Shown here piece by piece: positions 1 through 8,207 of a stretch of DNA of 64,000 bases. How positions within the stretch are numbered: the first letter of the stretch is position 1; the number at the start of each line of letters is the position of its first letter. The translations under genes and the position numbers were made by a program. The stretch is from Planctomycetota bacterium (GTDB lineage Bacteria > Planctomycetota > MHYJ01 > JACQXL01). The notes beneath the pieces are model-generated. The model saw only the letters and a list, made by a program, of their open reading frames with translations. It was not told the origin of the DNA and made no database searches. The stretch spans positions 7,520 through 71,519 of the forward strand of contig JACRIK010000002.1 of the NCBI GenBank assembly GCA_016235865.1. The letters run 5' to 3'.

Positions 1-2
1 GA

Positions 3-749
3 CTGCTGGAACTGTCCGACAAAGGCGTGCTGTTCCTGGACGAAATCGGCGATATGGCCCTGTCCACCCAGGCCAAGCTGTTGCGGGCGATTGAGGAGCA
101 GGAATTCCGGCCGGTGGGCAGTGAAAAGACACTCAAGGTGGATGTCCGGATTATCTGTGCCACCAACAAGAACCTGGAAGAGATGGTCCGCAAGGAGCAG
201 TTCCGGGACGACCTCTATTACCGCATCTGCAATGATAAGATTATGATTCCGCCGTTGCGGGAACGGACTGAGGATATCGGCCCGCTGGTTGAGGCGTTTA
301 CCAATGAGTTCAACCGGAAATACCACCGCCAGATTAAGGTGGATGCCAAGGTGGTTAAGCGGCTGGAATCATACCCGCTGCCGGGCAATGTCCGGGAATT
401 AAAGAGCATCATCTTTGCCGGGCTGTCCCGTTTATACCGCAATGAAGAGACGCTGACCGAGAACCATCTGGAATGCCGCATCTTCACCGACGAGGCCGTT
501 AAAATGGTCTGCGATACCGGTCTTATCCCGGAGAATAAATTGCAAGAGCAGGTCTCGCTGGGCTGTATTGACTTGGATAAATTCGTGGATGACATCCGAG
601 AAAGGTGCGTCCGGATAGCCCTGGAAAAGAGTAATCATAACGCGGAAAAGGCCGCCCAACTCCTCAAGATTAATCCGCATACGCTGAGGAGATGGGTTCG
701 GGAGGATAAAGGCGATGCGAAACCAGAACCACAGATTAACACAGATTAA
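3..749 (+). CDS. sigma54-dependent transcriptional activator (bEBP), AAA+ C-terminal half plus Fis-type HTH; 5'-truncated by window edge
   Basis: FLDEIGDM (Walker B), QAKLLRAIEE, DVRIICATNKNL, FRDDLYYR, PGNVRELK motifs; C-terminal HTH (KAAQLLKINPHTLRRW); frame is open from position 3. Confidence 0.93.
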   Translation: MLELSDKGVLFLDEIGDMALSTQAKLLRAIEEQEFRPVGSEKTLKVDVRIICATNKNLEEMVRKEQFRDDLYYRICNDKIMIPPLRERTEDIGPLVEAFTNEFNRKYHRQIKVDAKVVKRLESYPLPGNVRELKSIIFAGLSRLYRNEETLTENHLECRIFTDEAVKMVCDTGLIPENKLQEQVSLGCIDLDKFVDDIRERCVRIALEKSNHNAEKAAQLLKINPHTLRRWVREDKGDAKPEPQINTD

Positions 750-797
750 CACAGATGGAAAAGATTATCCGTGTTTATCAGCGTGTATCTGCGGTTA
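730..797. repeat. short REP-like element: tandem ACACAGATTA units plus degenerate inverted copy
   Basis: cacagattaacacagattaacacagat (730-756) followed by atccgtgtttatcagcgtgtatctgcggtt (777-797); it encodes the last residues PQINTD* of the bEBP. Confidence 0.7.
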
Positions 798-803
798 TAA
801 TTT

Positions 804-818
804 TGCACGAATTGTGCA
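804..818. promoter_or_regulatory. putative bEBP upstream activating sequence TGCAC-N5-GTGCA
   Basis: perfect dyad tgcac gaatt gtgca about 130 bp upstream of a sigma54 promoter; further TGCAC half-site at 823-827. Confidence 0.55.
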
Positions 819-839
819 GGAATGCACGGGAAAACAGGC

Positions 840-940
840 AGTTATGAGTTATAAGTTATGAATTATGAAGCGGGAAAGATGCTATAACCCCAATAGATTT
901 AAGGGCTTAATTCATAACTCATAATTAATAACTGATAATT
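840..940. repeat. heptamer-based inverted repeat (TTATGAG/TTATGAA arm versus TCATAAC/TCATAAT arm)
   Basis: agttatgagttataagttatgaattatgaag (840-870) is approximately the reverse complement of aattcataactcataattaataactgataatt (~909-940). Confidence 0.75.
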
Positions 941-947
941 ACCGTTT

Positions 948-963
948 TGGCATGGTATTTGCT
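948..963 (+). promoter_or_regulatory. sigma54 (-24/-12) promoter
   Basis: TGGCATGGTATTTGCT = GG-N10-GC with TGGCA and TTGCT; directly downstream of a bEBP gene. Confidence 0.8.
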
Positions 964-1102
964 ATTTATCTGACTGTTAGGCTAGATGCAGCCGAAGGCG
1001 GCTCGGGACGTTACAGTCAGTTATCCCGACGAATGTCGGGATATAGAGTAAGCAGATTAAGCGGAGTAGACGGATTAAGCAGATTCATTGAGTCGGTAAA
1101 AG

Positions 1103-1879
1103 GTGATATTTATGCCATTAGAAGAAATCCTTAATAACAATCAGGAGTTCTTGAAGAGCCGGACATTTACTGATACAGAATACCAGCATACTGCCAAACC
1201 GCGCAAGCATTGGGCTATCGTGACCTGTATGAGCTCTAATCTGGTGGGTTTTATCCATCAGGCATTGGGTTTCAAGCGGGGCGATGCGGTTTTTATCCAG
1301 AACGCCGGCAATACCATTACGCCTTATGATAACAGCATCATTCGCTCTCTGGCTGTGGCTATCTATACGCTGGATGTCAAGGAAGTAGCAATCATCGGGC
1401 ATACTAATTGTGGGATGAAGATGGATGTGGCGCCTCTGACCGATGCCTTTGCCAAATACGGCAAGACCCGGGAGATGTTCAAGGATGTGGATTTGAGGGA
1501 ATGGTTTGGATTGATACCAGGCGAGGAGATAAATATCCGCAAGGTGGTTGATGCCATCAAGCAATCGCCGTTTATTCCTCAGGAGATTCTGGTTTACGGT
1601 CTGATGATTGACAGCAAGGGCCAGATAAAAGAGGTTTACCGGCATCAGCAGATGGCTTCAACCGCGCCGGCTGCTAAGGTGACGGTTGAATCTCTGATTC
1701 CGGTGGCAGAAGAGGTAAAACAACCGGTTAAACCAACGCAGAGGCCAGCGCAGCCGCCCCAAAAGACGGCCGAGCAAAAACGTAGCAGTAAGAACGACGC
1801 CTACGAGGATTTTCTAAAGAGAACCGGCAAGGATTTTCTTAGATATACGAAGGACACCAAACCACCTGAAAGAAGATAA
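1103..1879 (+). CDS. beta-class carbonic anhydrase-like protein (YtiB/clade D type) with atypical active site and Pro/Gln-rich C-terminal extension
   Basis: AIVTCMSSNL, IQNAGN, SLAVAIYTL and IIGHTNCGM motifs; Zn ligands Cys/His/Cys present. Confidence 0.85.
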   Translation: MIFMPLEEILNNNQEFLKSRTFTDTEYQHTAKPRKHWAIVTCMSSNLVGFIHQALGFKRGDAVFIQNAGNTITPYDNSIIRSLAVAIYTLDVKEVAIIGHTNCGMKMDVAPLTDAFAKYGKTREMFKDVDLREWFGLIPGEEINIRKVVDAIKQSPFIPQEILVYGLMIDSKGQIKEVYRHQQMASTAPAAKVTVESLIPVAEEVKQPVKPTQRPAQPPQKTAEQKRSSKNDAYEDFLKRTGKDFLRYTKDTKPPERR

Positions 1880-1908
1880 GGATAGAACTTTTGCGAAATG
1901 ACTCTTCT

Positions 1909-1995
1909 GTCATTGCGAGCGACTTTAGGAGCGTGGCAATCCTTATTTATGTGGCAAGCATGAGATTGCTTCGTCGCTTTGCTCCTCGCAATGAC
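1909..1995. repeat. GTCATTGCGAG...CTCGCAATGAC REP-like palindromic element
   Basis: terminal 11-bp inverted repeat with internal gtggcaatc / gagattgcttcg arms; second copy at 38957-39035. Confidence 0.8.
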
Positions 1996-2033
1996 AGACG
2001 GGATATCGCAGAAGTTTAGCAAGGAGATAATAT

Positions 2034-2651
2034 ATGACAATGCTGGAAATGGTTTTTGTCGGGTGCTTTTTCCTGGGCCTGGCATATGCCGTAATTTCCT
2101 CAATCTTCGGCGGTATTTTTGGCGGGGCTGAGGGCGGCGGGGAAGGCGGGGCCGAGGGCGGGCACTTTGATATTGACCACGATATTGTCGGGCATGTAGA
2201 TACCGACGGCAGTTCAGATACCGGCACGATTCATTTCTCGCCTTTAAGTCCGGTAGTGGTGGCGATGTTTATTACGGCCTTCGGCGCTATGGGCATGATT
2301 TGCCTGAAGGTGTTCAAATGGTCGCCTTATCCGAGCATGGCTATTGCGGTATTGACCGGACTGGTCATAGCTACTGTTACGTTCATTATTTTTACCATGC
2401 TTTTCAAGGCCACCCAGGGAAGCAGTGAGGCAATATTAACCGACATTGTCGGCAAGGAAGTCGAGGTGATTACCACCATCCCGGCAGATGGGCTGGGCGA
2501 GGTGGCTTATGTCTCCAGAGGGACGCGTTACACGGCCTCGGCCCGGGCCGCCCATAAGAACGAGATAAAATCACATTCGGTGGTAACGGTGGAAAAGATA
2601 GTCGGAAATACGTTTTACGTTAAGCCCACGGAAGGGGCGAAGGTATTATAA
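2034..2651 (+). CDS. short NfeD-like (YuaF-type) membrane protein with C-terminal OB fold
   Basis: three hydrophobic segments, Gly/His/Asp loop, C-terminal VGKEVEVITTIPADGLGEV...Y..A..VTVEK OB domain; directly upstream of flotillin. Confidence 0.85.
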   Translation: MTMLEMVFVGCFFLGLAYAVISSIFGGIFGGAEGGGEGGAEGGHFDIDHDIVGHVDTDGSSDTGTIHFSPLSPVVVAMFITAFGAMGMICLKVFKWSPYPSMAIAVLTGLVIATVTFIIFTMLFKATQGSSEAILTDIVGKEVEVITTIPADGLGEVAYVSRGTRYTASARAAHKNEIKSHSVVTVEKIVGNTFYVKPTEGAKVL

Positions 2652-2666
2652 TATTTTTAATAATAA

Positions 2667-2770
2667 GCCCCGATATTCATCGGGGTTAAGAGCCGGTCCC
2701 TGACGGGACCCACTGGGTCTCTGTGAGACTCCCTGTGGTCGTAACGACCACAGGTTTAACCGGCTCTAAG
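2667..2770. repeat. composite palindromic element: ccccgat...atcgggg hairpin plus TAA-GAGCCGGT...ACCGGCTC-TAA unit with three nested hairpins
   Basis: ends at 2687-2697 and 2759-2769; internal ggtccctgacgggacc, gggtctctgtgagactcc, cctgtggtcgtaacgaccacagg. Confidence 0.75.
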
Positions 2771-2787
2771 AGAAGGGGAGGAATAAT

Positions 2788-4233
2788 ATGGAAGGATATG
2801 GCTGGATGGCCTTCGGGAGCGTTGCGGTAGTAATCGTCCTGATAATCCTATTAAGGATGTATGCCAATCGCTATACCAAGGTCGGACCGAATGAGGTCAT
2901 GGTAATTTCCGGACGACAGCATCGCACGATGGATGGCCGGCCTGTGGGTTTCAGGATAGTCAAGGGCGGCGGCACGTTTGTCTGGCCGATATTTGAAAAG
3001 GCCGACATACTTTCTTTAGAGTTGCTGACTTTGGATGTCAGGTTAAAAGAGGTCTATACGATTACCGGCGTGTCTGTTAACGTGGACGGCGTAGCCCAGG
3101 TCAAGATTAAAGGCGAAGACCAGTCCATTCGGACCGCGGCGGAACGGTTTTTGGGCCGGAGCGAGGAAGAAATAAAGATGATTGCCTTGCAGACCGTGGA
3201 AGGCCATCTGCGTGGCATCGTCGGCACGCTGACCATAGAAGATATCTACAAAAACCGGGATGCCTTTGCCCAGAAGGTCCAGGAAGTATCGGCCGGAGAC
3301 CTGGCCAATATGGGGCTGAGCATAGATTCGTTTACCCTGCGCGATATCAAGGATGACCACGGGTATTTGGAGGCATTAGGCAAGCCGAGAGTGGCCCAGG
3401 TCAAGCGGGATGCCACGATTGCCCAGGCCGAGGCAGACCGTGACGCCCTTATCAAGAGTTCACAGGCCAACCAGGCCGGACAGGAGGCGAAATTCGCCGC
3501 TGATACCAAGGTGGCTGAGGCAAACCAGACTTTTGAAGTCAAGCGCGCCGGGTATCAAGTGAATATTAACCGGCAAAAGGCCGAGGCCGATCTGGCTTAT
3601 GACCTGCAGAAATACAAGACCAATCAAGCGGTCAAGGCCGAAGAAATCCAGGTCATGGTGGTGGAAAAGGAACGGATGATTGACGTCCAGGAAAAGGAAA
3701 TCAGCCGTAAGCAGAAGGAACTGGAAGCCACTATTTCCCGGCCGGCTGACGCCGAGAAATACCGGATTGAGACCCTGGCTAATGCCCAGAGATTCAAACT
3801 GATAACCGAGGCCGAAGGCCAGGCCAACGCCACCAAAAATATCGGTATCGGCGAATCAGAGGCCACCCGCGCCAAGGGTTTAGCCAGCGCGGATGTTATT
3901 AAGGCCACCGGATTCTCCGAAGCCGAGGCCATGGCTAAGAAAGCCGATTCCTGGAAGGCGTATAATGAAGCGGCGGTTATCCAAATGGTGATTGAAAGAC
4001 TGCCTGAGATTGCCCGGGCCATTGCCGAACCGCTGACCAAAACCGAGAAAATTGTGGTTATCAATCAAGGGGGCGACTCGGCTGGCGCAAATAAGGTTAC
4101 CAAGGATGTCACCAATATCATCGCCCAATTGCCGCCGATACTGGAATCGCTGACCGGGTTAAAGCTGGAAGAGCTGATTAAGAAGATTCCGCAACTGGGC
4201 ACCCTTAAGCAGGGTGAGGAAAAGAGGAAATAG
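2788..4233 (+). CDS. flotillin family protein (FloT/YuaG-like; SPFH plus flotillin domain)
   Basis: N-terminal TM, GGGTFVWP, ALQTVEGHLRGIVG, GLSIDSFTLRDIKD, AEA/EA-rich coiled coil; paired with nfeD. Confidence 0.95.
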   Translation: MEGYGWMAFGSVAVVIVLIILLRMYANRYTKVGPNEVMVISGRQHRTMDGRPVGFRIVKGGGTFVWPIFEKADILSLELLTLDVRLKEVYTITGVSVNVDGVAQVKIKGEDQSIRTAAERFLGRSEEEIKMIALQTVEGHLRGIVGTLTIEDIYKNRDAFAQKVQEVSAGDLANMGLSIDSFTLRDIKDDHGYLEALGKPRVAQVKRDATIAQAEADRDALIKSSQANQAGQEAKFAADTKVAEANQTFEVKRAGYQVNINRQKAEADLAYDLQKYKTNQAVKAEEIQVMVVEKERMIDVQEKEISRKQKELEATISRPADAEKYRIETLANAQRFKLITEAEGQANATKNIGIGESEATRAKGLASADVIKATGFSEAEAMAKKADSWKAYNEAAVIQMVIERLPEIARAIAEPLTKTEKIVVINQGGDSAGANKVTKDVTNIIAQLPPILESLTGLKLEELIKKIPQLGTLKQGEEKRK

Positions 4234-4249
4234 TTTACTAAATAGGAAT

Positions 4250-4290
4250 AGCCCCTGCCCCGAATGTTTTCGGGGCGGGGGTTTTTTTAT
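4250..4290 (+). terminator. rho-independent terminator between convergent genes
   Basis: gcccctgccccgaa / ttcggggcggggg stem followed by T7. Confidence 0.85.
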
Positions 4291-4562
4291 TCTATATTAA
4301 ATCCTGTCAGAGTGCCGTCCGCAGTTTCCCACTTAATATCCACGCTTGTTACCCTGGCCGAGTCCGGGCCCTGTTGGCACCATTTTACCATTTCATCTAT
4401 TTTGTCTTTCGGGCCTTCAAAGACGGTTTCCACCTGGCCGTTGGCGAGGTTCCTGACCCAGCCGGTTAAGCCTAGCTTATGAGCGGTTTCAAAGGTATAA
4501 TGCCGGAAGAATACGCCCTGGACTATGCCGGAGATGTGTAAATGAGCCCGGACTTTATTCAT
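4287..4562 (-). CDS. acyP: acylphosphatase
   Basis: SGIVQGVFFR and GLTGWVRNL motifs; 91 aa. Confidence 0.95.
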   Translation of the reverse strand: MNKVRAHLHISGIVQGVFFRHYTFETAHKLGLTGWVRNLANGQVETVFEGPKDKIDEMVKWCQQGPDSARVTSVDIKWETADGTLTGFNIE

Positions 4563-4585
4563 ATTATGGACTAGCTTATTAACAA

Positions 4586-4611
4586 CCCCCTTACCCCCTT
4601 TGTTAAGGGGG
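4586..4611. repeat. short C-run/G-run hairpin (REP-like)
   Basis: cccccttaccccctttgttaaggggg; similar-style element ccctcacccttccctctcccctaaggggagagg at about 46776-46810. Confidence 0.5.
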
Positions 4612-4622
4612 AATATGGGAAT

Positions 4623-5153
4623 CTAATCAGTGGAATCTGTGTCATCTGTGGTTCCGAAGAGCTTCAGCCATTTGGGCACATCAGCCGGTTTTAGGCCGGT
4701 GAATTTCTCAATTGGGTCTTCCTTTATGTCTGTAGAGATATCTTTGTCTTTGAGCAACAGTTCTACGGCAAATTCCTGCGATGAGATAATCTTGACCCGC
4801 TTATTTCTGAGCGTTTCTGCCAGGGCCCGGTCTGATGTGACCGCGCATACATCAGAGCGGCGGGGTTTATCCTGGATATATTCTGATACCAGGTTGATAA
4901 TATGCTCATCAGCCGTGGTTCTGCCCGGGGAAAACACCACTCTGACATTGCCGGATTCCCTTTCCTGCGGGTAATGACTGACGGTCTTATCGCCGTCAAA
5001 GACCACGATGATGCGGTATTTCTTCTTTATATTGTAGGATTTGAGTTGTGCCACGAGATTGTCGCGCAGGGTTTCCAGCTGGTTGGGCTTTATGTTGTCA
5101 GACAAGTTAAGCCCGCTAAAAAGCAGATTATATCCGTCAATTAACAGAATCAT
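4623..5153 (-). CDS. YacP-like NYN domain ribonuclease
   Basis: LLIDGYNLL, IVVFDG, TADEHI and VTSDRAL motifs. Confidence 0.9.
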   Translation of the reverse strand: MILLIDGYNLLFSGLNLSDNIKPNQLETLRDNLVAQLKSYNIKKKYRIIVVFDGDKTVSHYPQERESGNVRVVFSPGRTTADEHIINLVSEYIQDKPRRSDVCAVTSDRALAETLRNKRVKIISSQEFAVELLLKDKDISTDIKEDPIEKFTGLKPADVPKWLKLFGTTDDTDSTD

Positions 5154-7006
5154 TATAGATTCAGGATGCGTTGGATATCATTAAAAAATGTGAAGGCGAC
5201 CAGCAATAAAAGGATAAATAGGCCGGCATATTGGGCAATCGCCTGGGCCTTGATACTGACCGGCGAGCCCTTTATCCTTTCAACAAAGCAAAAGACAATC
5301 GTGCCGCCGTCCAAAACCGGGATAGGTAGGAGATTAAGGATAGCCAGGTTGATGCTGATAAGGGCCAGGAGCCAGAGAAAATCACCCGCGCCTTCCTGGG
5401 CCATCCGATAAGAAACCTGGATGATGCCAATCGGTCCGGCCAGGCCTTTTACCGATTCTTCTCCCTGGAAGAGTTTCCTTATCATCTGGTAGGTTAAGAG
5501 TCCCAAATCCAGCGTTTCATTAGCGCCTTCAACGACGGCTGAAACAAGAGAGTATCTGGTAACGACTCGCTTGAATTTTAACCCGAGTCCCAGGTCTCCC
5601 TTGGCGGTTGGCGTGGGGGTAAGGGTAAACGTTTGTCTGGTTGAGGTCGGCGCCGCCTTGAGCACCGTGATTTCTATCGGAACGCCGCCGGTTTTATGCA
5701 CGAATGCCTGCAAATCTGATAAATCTGAGATACCGGTTTTTACTTGTCTGCCGTTCTTGTCCTGCGCCTTTGCCTGGACAATCCGGTCTCCGTAAGCCAG
5801 GCCGAGTCCGGCTAAAGCAGAACCGTCTTTCACTTCGCCTATTTCATTGGTAAATCCGCCGGATATGCCGATGAATCCCTTGCCGCCCTTGTCCGCATCA
5901 ACCATGACATTCATAAGCAGGGTTTCATCCTTGGAGAACCAGTGTTCCCTTATGACGGTTAGTTTTAGCTCTTTGCCGGCTGAGGTCGTGACGACATCGG
6001 TAAATTTATTCCAGAACTTTAGCGGCTCAGTATTGATGACGGTTATCCGGTCGCCTTTCTTGAGTCCGGCCTTTGCCGCTGGGCCGTCTTTGGTCACTCC
6101 GGAGATTACCACCGGTATGATTCCTTCGATACCGATATCATAAAAAGGCTTCGGCGTAGCGGTGACGGTTTTTATCTCGCCGTTTGGCGTGCGGATTTTT
6201 ATGGCGGTCGGCAGTCCGGCCCTTTGCGAGATAGCCGCGGATATTTCGCTGGCGGATAAGGTCACCTCGCAGTTGACCTCCAGTATTTCATCGTTGGGTT
6301 TCAGCCCGGCTGTTTCAGCCGGCGAGCCCTGGGAGACGGATTCAACAATGTTGCTGGGCGGCAGGACGCCCATGCCCGTAGAGCCCCTGGCGATAATATC
6401 TACGATAACCTCCTGGCCGTTTCTGTTTACTTTTAGTTTAAGAGGGGTATTTATGGGAGTCCGGACAATATTGCGGAGGTAGTCATTCTGGCTCTTGACC
6501 GGATATTCCGAATCCCGGCCTTCAGGCGAGGTCTTGATGACGGACCGGATAATATCGCCTTTTTGGAGCGAGCTGTTGGCCTCGCTTGAGCCGGGCCGGA
6601 TTGCGCCGACCGACGGAGACATCAGGGTTACGCCGATAAGATAGGCGATGATGCAGAAAGGGAAGGCGAATATGAAGTTCATCAAAGCGCCGGCCACCAG
6701 GACCTTGGCCCGGGTCAGGGGCGGCTTGGATGACATCTCGTCGGGAGCGCCCTTGGTGTCCGGGGAACTCATAAATTCCCCGGCCGGCTTGACAAAACCG
6801 CCCAGGGGTATCAGGGCGATGCGGTATTCGGTCCCGCCTCTGGTTATTTTCCAGAGCGGCGGTCCGAATCCGATGGAAAATACCTCTATTCTGATGCCGG
6901 CCCGCCGGGCCACGATAAAATGCCCGAGTTCGTGCAGGAAGATGATGATGCCTAATCCCAGCAATACCATGATAATACCCTGGGAAGTGCTTAAAAATTC
7001 GGTCAT
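5153..7006 (-). CDS. rseP: RIP metalloprotease RseP (M50) with multiple PDZ domains
   Basis: IFLHELGHF, FSIGFGP, LIPLGGFVK, AGALMN, LNLLPIPVLDGG; downstream of dxr. Confidence 0.95.
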   Translation of the reverse strand: MTEFLSTSQGIIMVLLGLGIIIFLHELGHFIVARRAGIRIEVFSIGFGPPLWKITRGGTEYRIALIPLGGFVKPAGEFMSSPDTKGAPDEMSSKPPLTRAKVLVAGALMNFIFAFPFCIIAYLIGVTLMSPSVGAIRPGSSEANSSLQKGDIIRSVIKTSPEGRDSEYPVKSQNDYLRNIVRTPINTPLKLKVNRNGQEVIVDIIARGSTGMGVLPPSNIVESVSQGSPAETAGLKPNDEILEVNCEVTLSASEISAAISQRAGLPTAIKIRTPNGEIKTVTATPKPFYDIGIEGIIPVVISGVTKDGPAAKAGLKKGDRITVINTEPLKFWNKFTDVVTTSAGKELKLTVIREHWFSKDETLLMNVMVDADKGGKGFIGISGGFTNEIGEVKDGSALAGLGLAYGDRIVQAKAQDKNGRQVKTGISDLSDLQAFVHKTGGVPIEITVLKAAPTSTRQTFTLTPTPTAKGDLGLGLKFKRVVTRYSLVSAVVEGANETLDLGLLTYQMIRKLFQGEESVKGLAGPIGIIQVSYRMAQEGAGDFLWLLALISINLAILNLLPIPVLDGGTIVFCFVERIKGSPVSIKAQAIAQYAGLFILLLLVAFTFFNDIQRILNL

Positions 7007-7010
7007 TATT

Positions 7011-8207
7011 TTACGCTCCTCTTAGACCCAGCGTTTGTCTTTTTCCGGCAGATAAGCGCGGGGTTATGTTCATTAGTTGTTTTCTGGCCCATTGGTCTGC
7101 CATGGCGATATTATTCAAGGTGGCTTTAAGCGGTTTATATGCTTTTAGCACCCGGCTGACCAGTTTAGTAATATCGGTAAAAGCCGCCTTTTTCTGCAGG
7201 AATAATTTAACGGCCTCTTCGTTGGCAGCATTCAGGACTGCGCCGGTAGTGCCGCCCCGGCGGATGGCTTCATAGCCGAGCAACAATGCCGGGAATCGTT
7301 TGGTGTCCGGCGGGAAGAATGTATGCGCCTGAGAGAAATCCAGCGGTTTTACCTGGGAAGGCACCCGGTTGGGATGGGTTAAGGCATACTGGATAGGCAG
7401 TTTCATATCCGGATTGTTCATCTGGGCGATTACCGAACCGTCCGTAAATTCCACCATGGCGTGGATGATGGACTGGGGATGGATAACCACGGATATTTTA
7501 TCAGCCGGCAGGTTGAACAGGTGGTGCGCCTCGATTATTTCCAGGGCTTTATTCATCAGAGTGGCAGAATCAACCGTGATCTTCGGGCCCATCTTGTAAG
7601 TCGGGTGGTTCAGGGCCTGGGCCGGCGTGACCTTGCCCAGTTGCTTTCTGGATAGTTTATAAAAAGGCCCGCCTGAGGCCGTCAGGATAATCCGCTTGAC
7701 CTGATGGTCAGGCGTTTGCTGATTATGAAGTATCTGGAATAGACCGCTGTGCTCGCTGTCAACCGGGATTATTTTGTTAAATGCCTTAAGGGTTTTGAGT
7801 AATTCACCGGCCATGACCAATGACTCCTTATTGGCCAGCGCCACGGTTTTACGGGCTTGGAGCGCCCAGAGGGTCGGGTAAAGCCCTTCGGCGCCGGAGA
7901 TAGCCGAGATGACGATATCAACATCAGGCGCGCACACGGCTTTCTTTATTTCCTGATTGCCATAGAGAATCTTAGTGCGGCCGGCGGGCAGTGATTTTCT
8001 TAACTTGGTATAAGCCGAATAATCGCTCATAATGACGACCGGCGGCTTGAATTGTTTTATCTGCTTAAGAGTGACCTGCCAGTTTGAGTTGCTGGCCAGA
8101 GCCTTGATATTAAATCGATACACGGTGTTTTTGTTGAGATGCTCAATGGCGGCCAGGGCATTCCGTCCGATGGAGCCGGATGCGCCGAGGATGACTACGT
8201 TTTTCAT
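7011..8207 (-). CDS. dxr: 1-deoxy-D-xylulose-5-phosphate reductoisomerase
   Basis: ILGASGSIG, LANKESLV, PVDSEH, LTASGGPF, ITVDSATLMNKALE, HPQSIIH, NAANE. Confidence 0.98.
   Translation of the reverse strand: MKNVVILGASGSIGRNALAAIEHLNKNTVYRFNIKALASNSNWQVTLKQIKQFKPPVVIMSDYSAYTKLRKSLPAGRTKILYGNQEIKKAVCAPDVDIVISAISGAEGLYPTLWALQARKTVALANKESLVMAGELLKTLKAFNKIIPVDSEHSGLFQILHNQQTPDHQVKRIILTASGGPFYKLSRKQLGKVTPAQALNHPTYKMGPKITVDSATLMNKALEIIEAHHLFNLPADKISVVIHPQSIIHAMVEFTDGSVIAQMNNPDMKLPIQYALTHPNRVPSQVKPLDFSQAHTFFPPDTKRFPALLLGYEAIRRGGTTGAVLNAANEEAVKLFLQKKAAFTDITKLVSRVLKAYKPLKATLNNIAMADQWARKQLMNITPRLSAGKRQTLGLRGA

Noticed and set aside
6508-6530. cccggccttcaggcgagg in rseP as an in-frame palindromic insert in a PDZ loop
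   Set aside because: No matching intergenic copy in this window, and PDZ loops vary in length; too weak to report.
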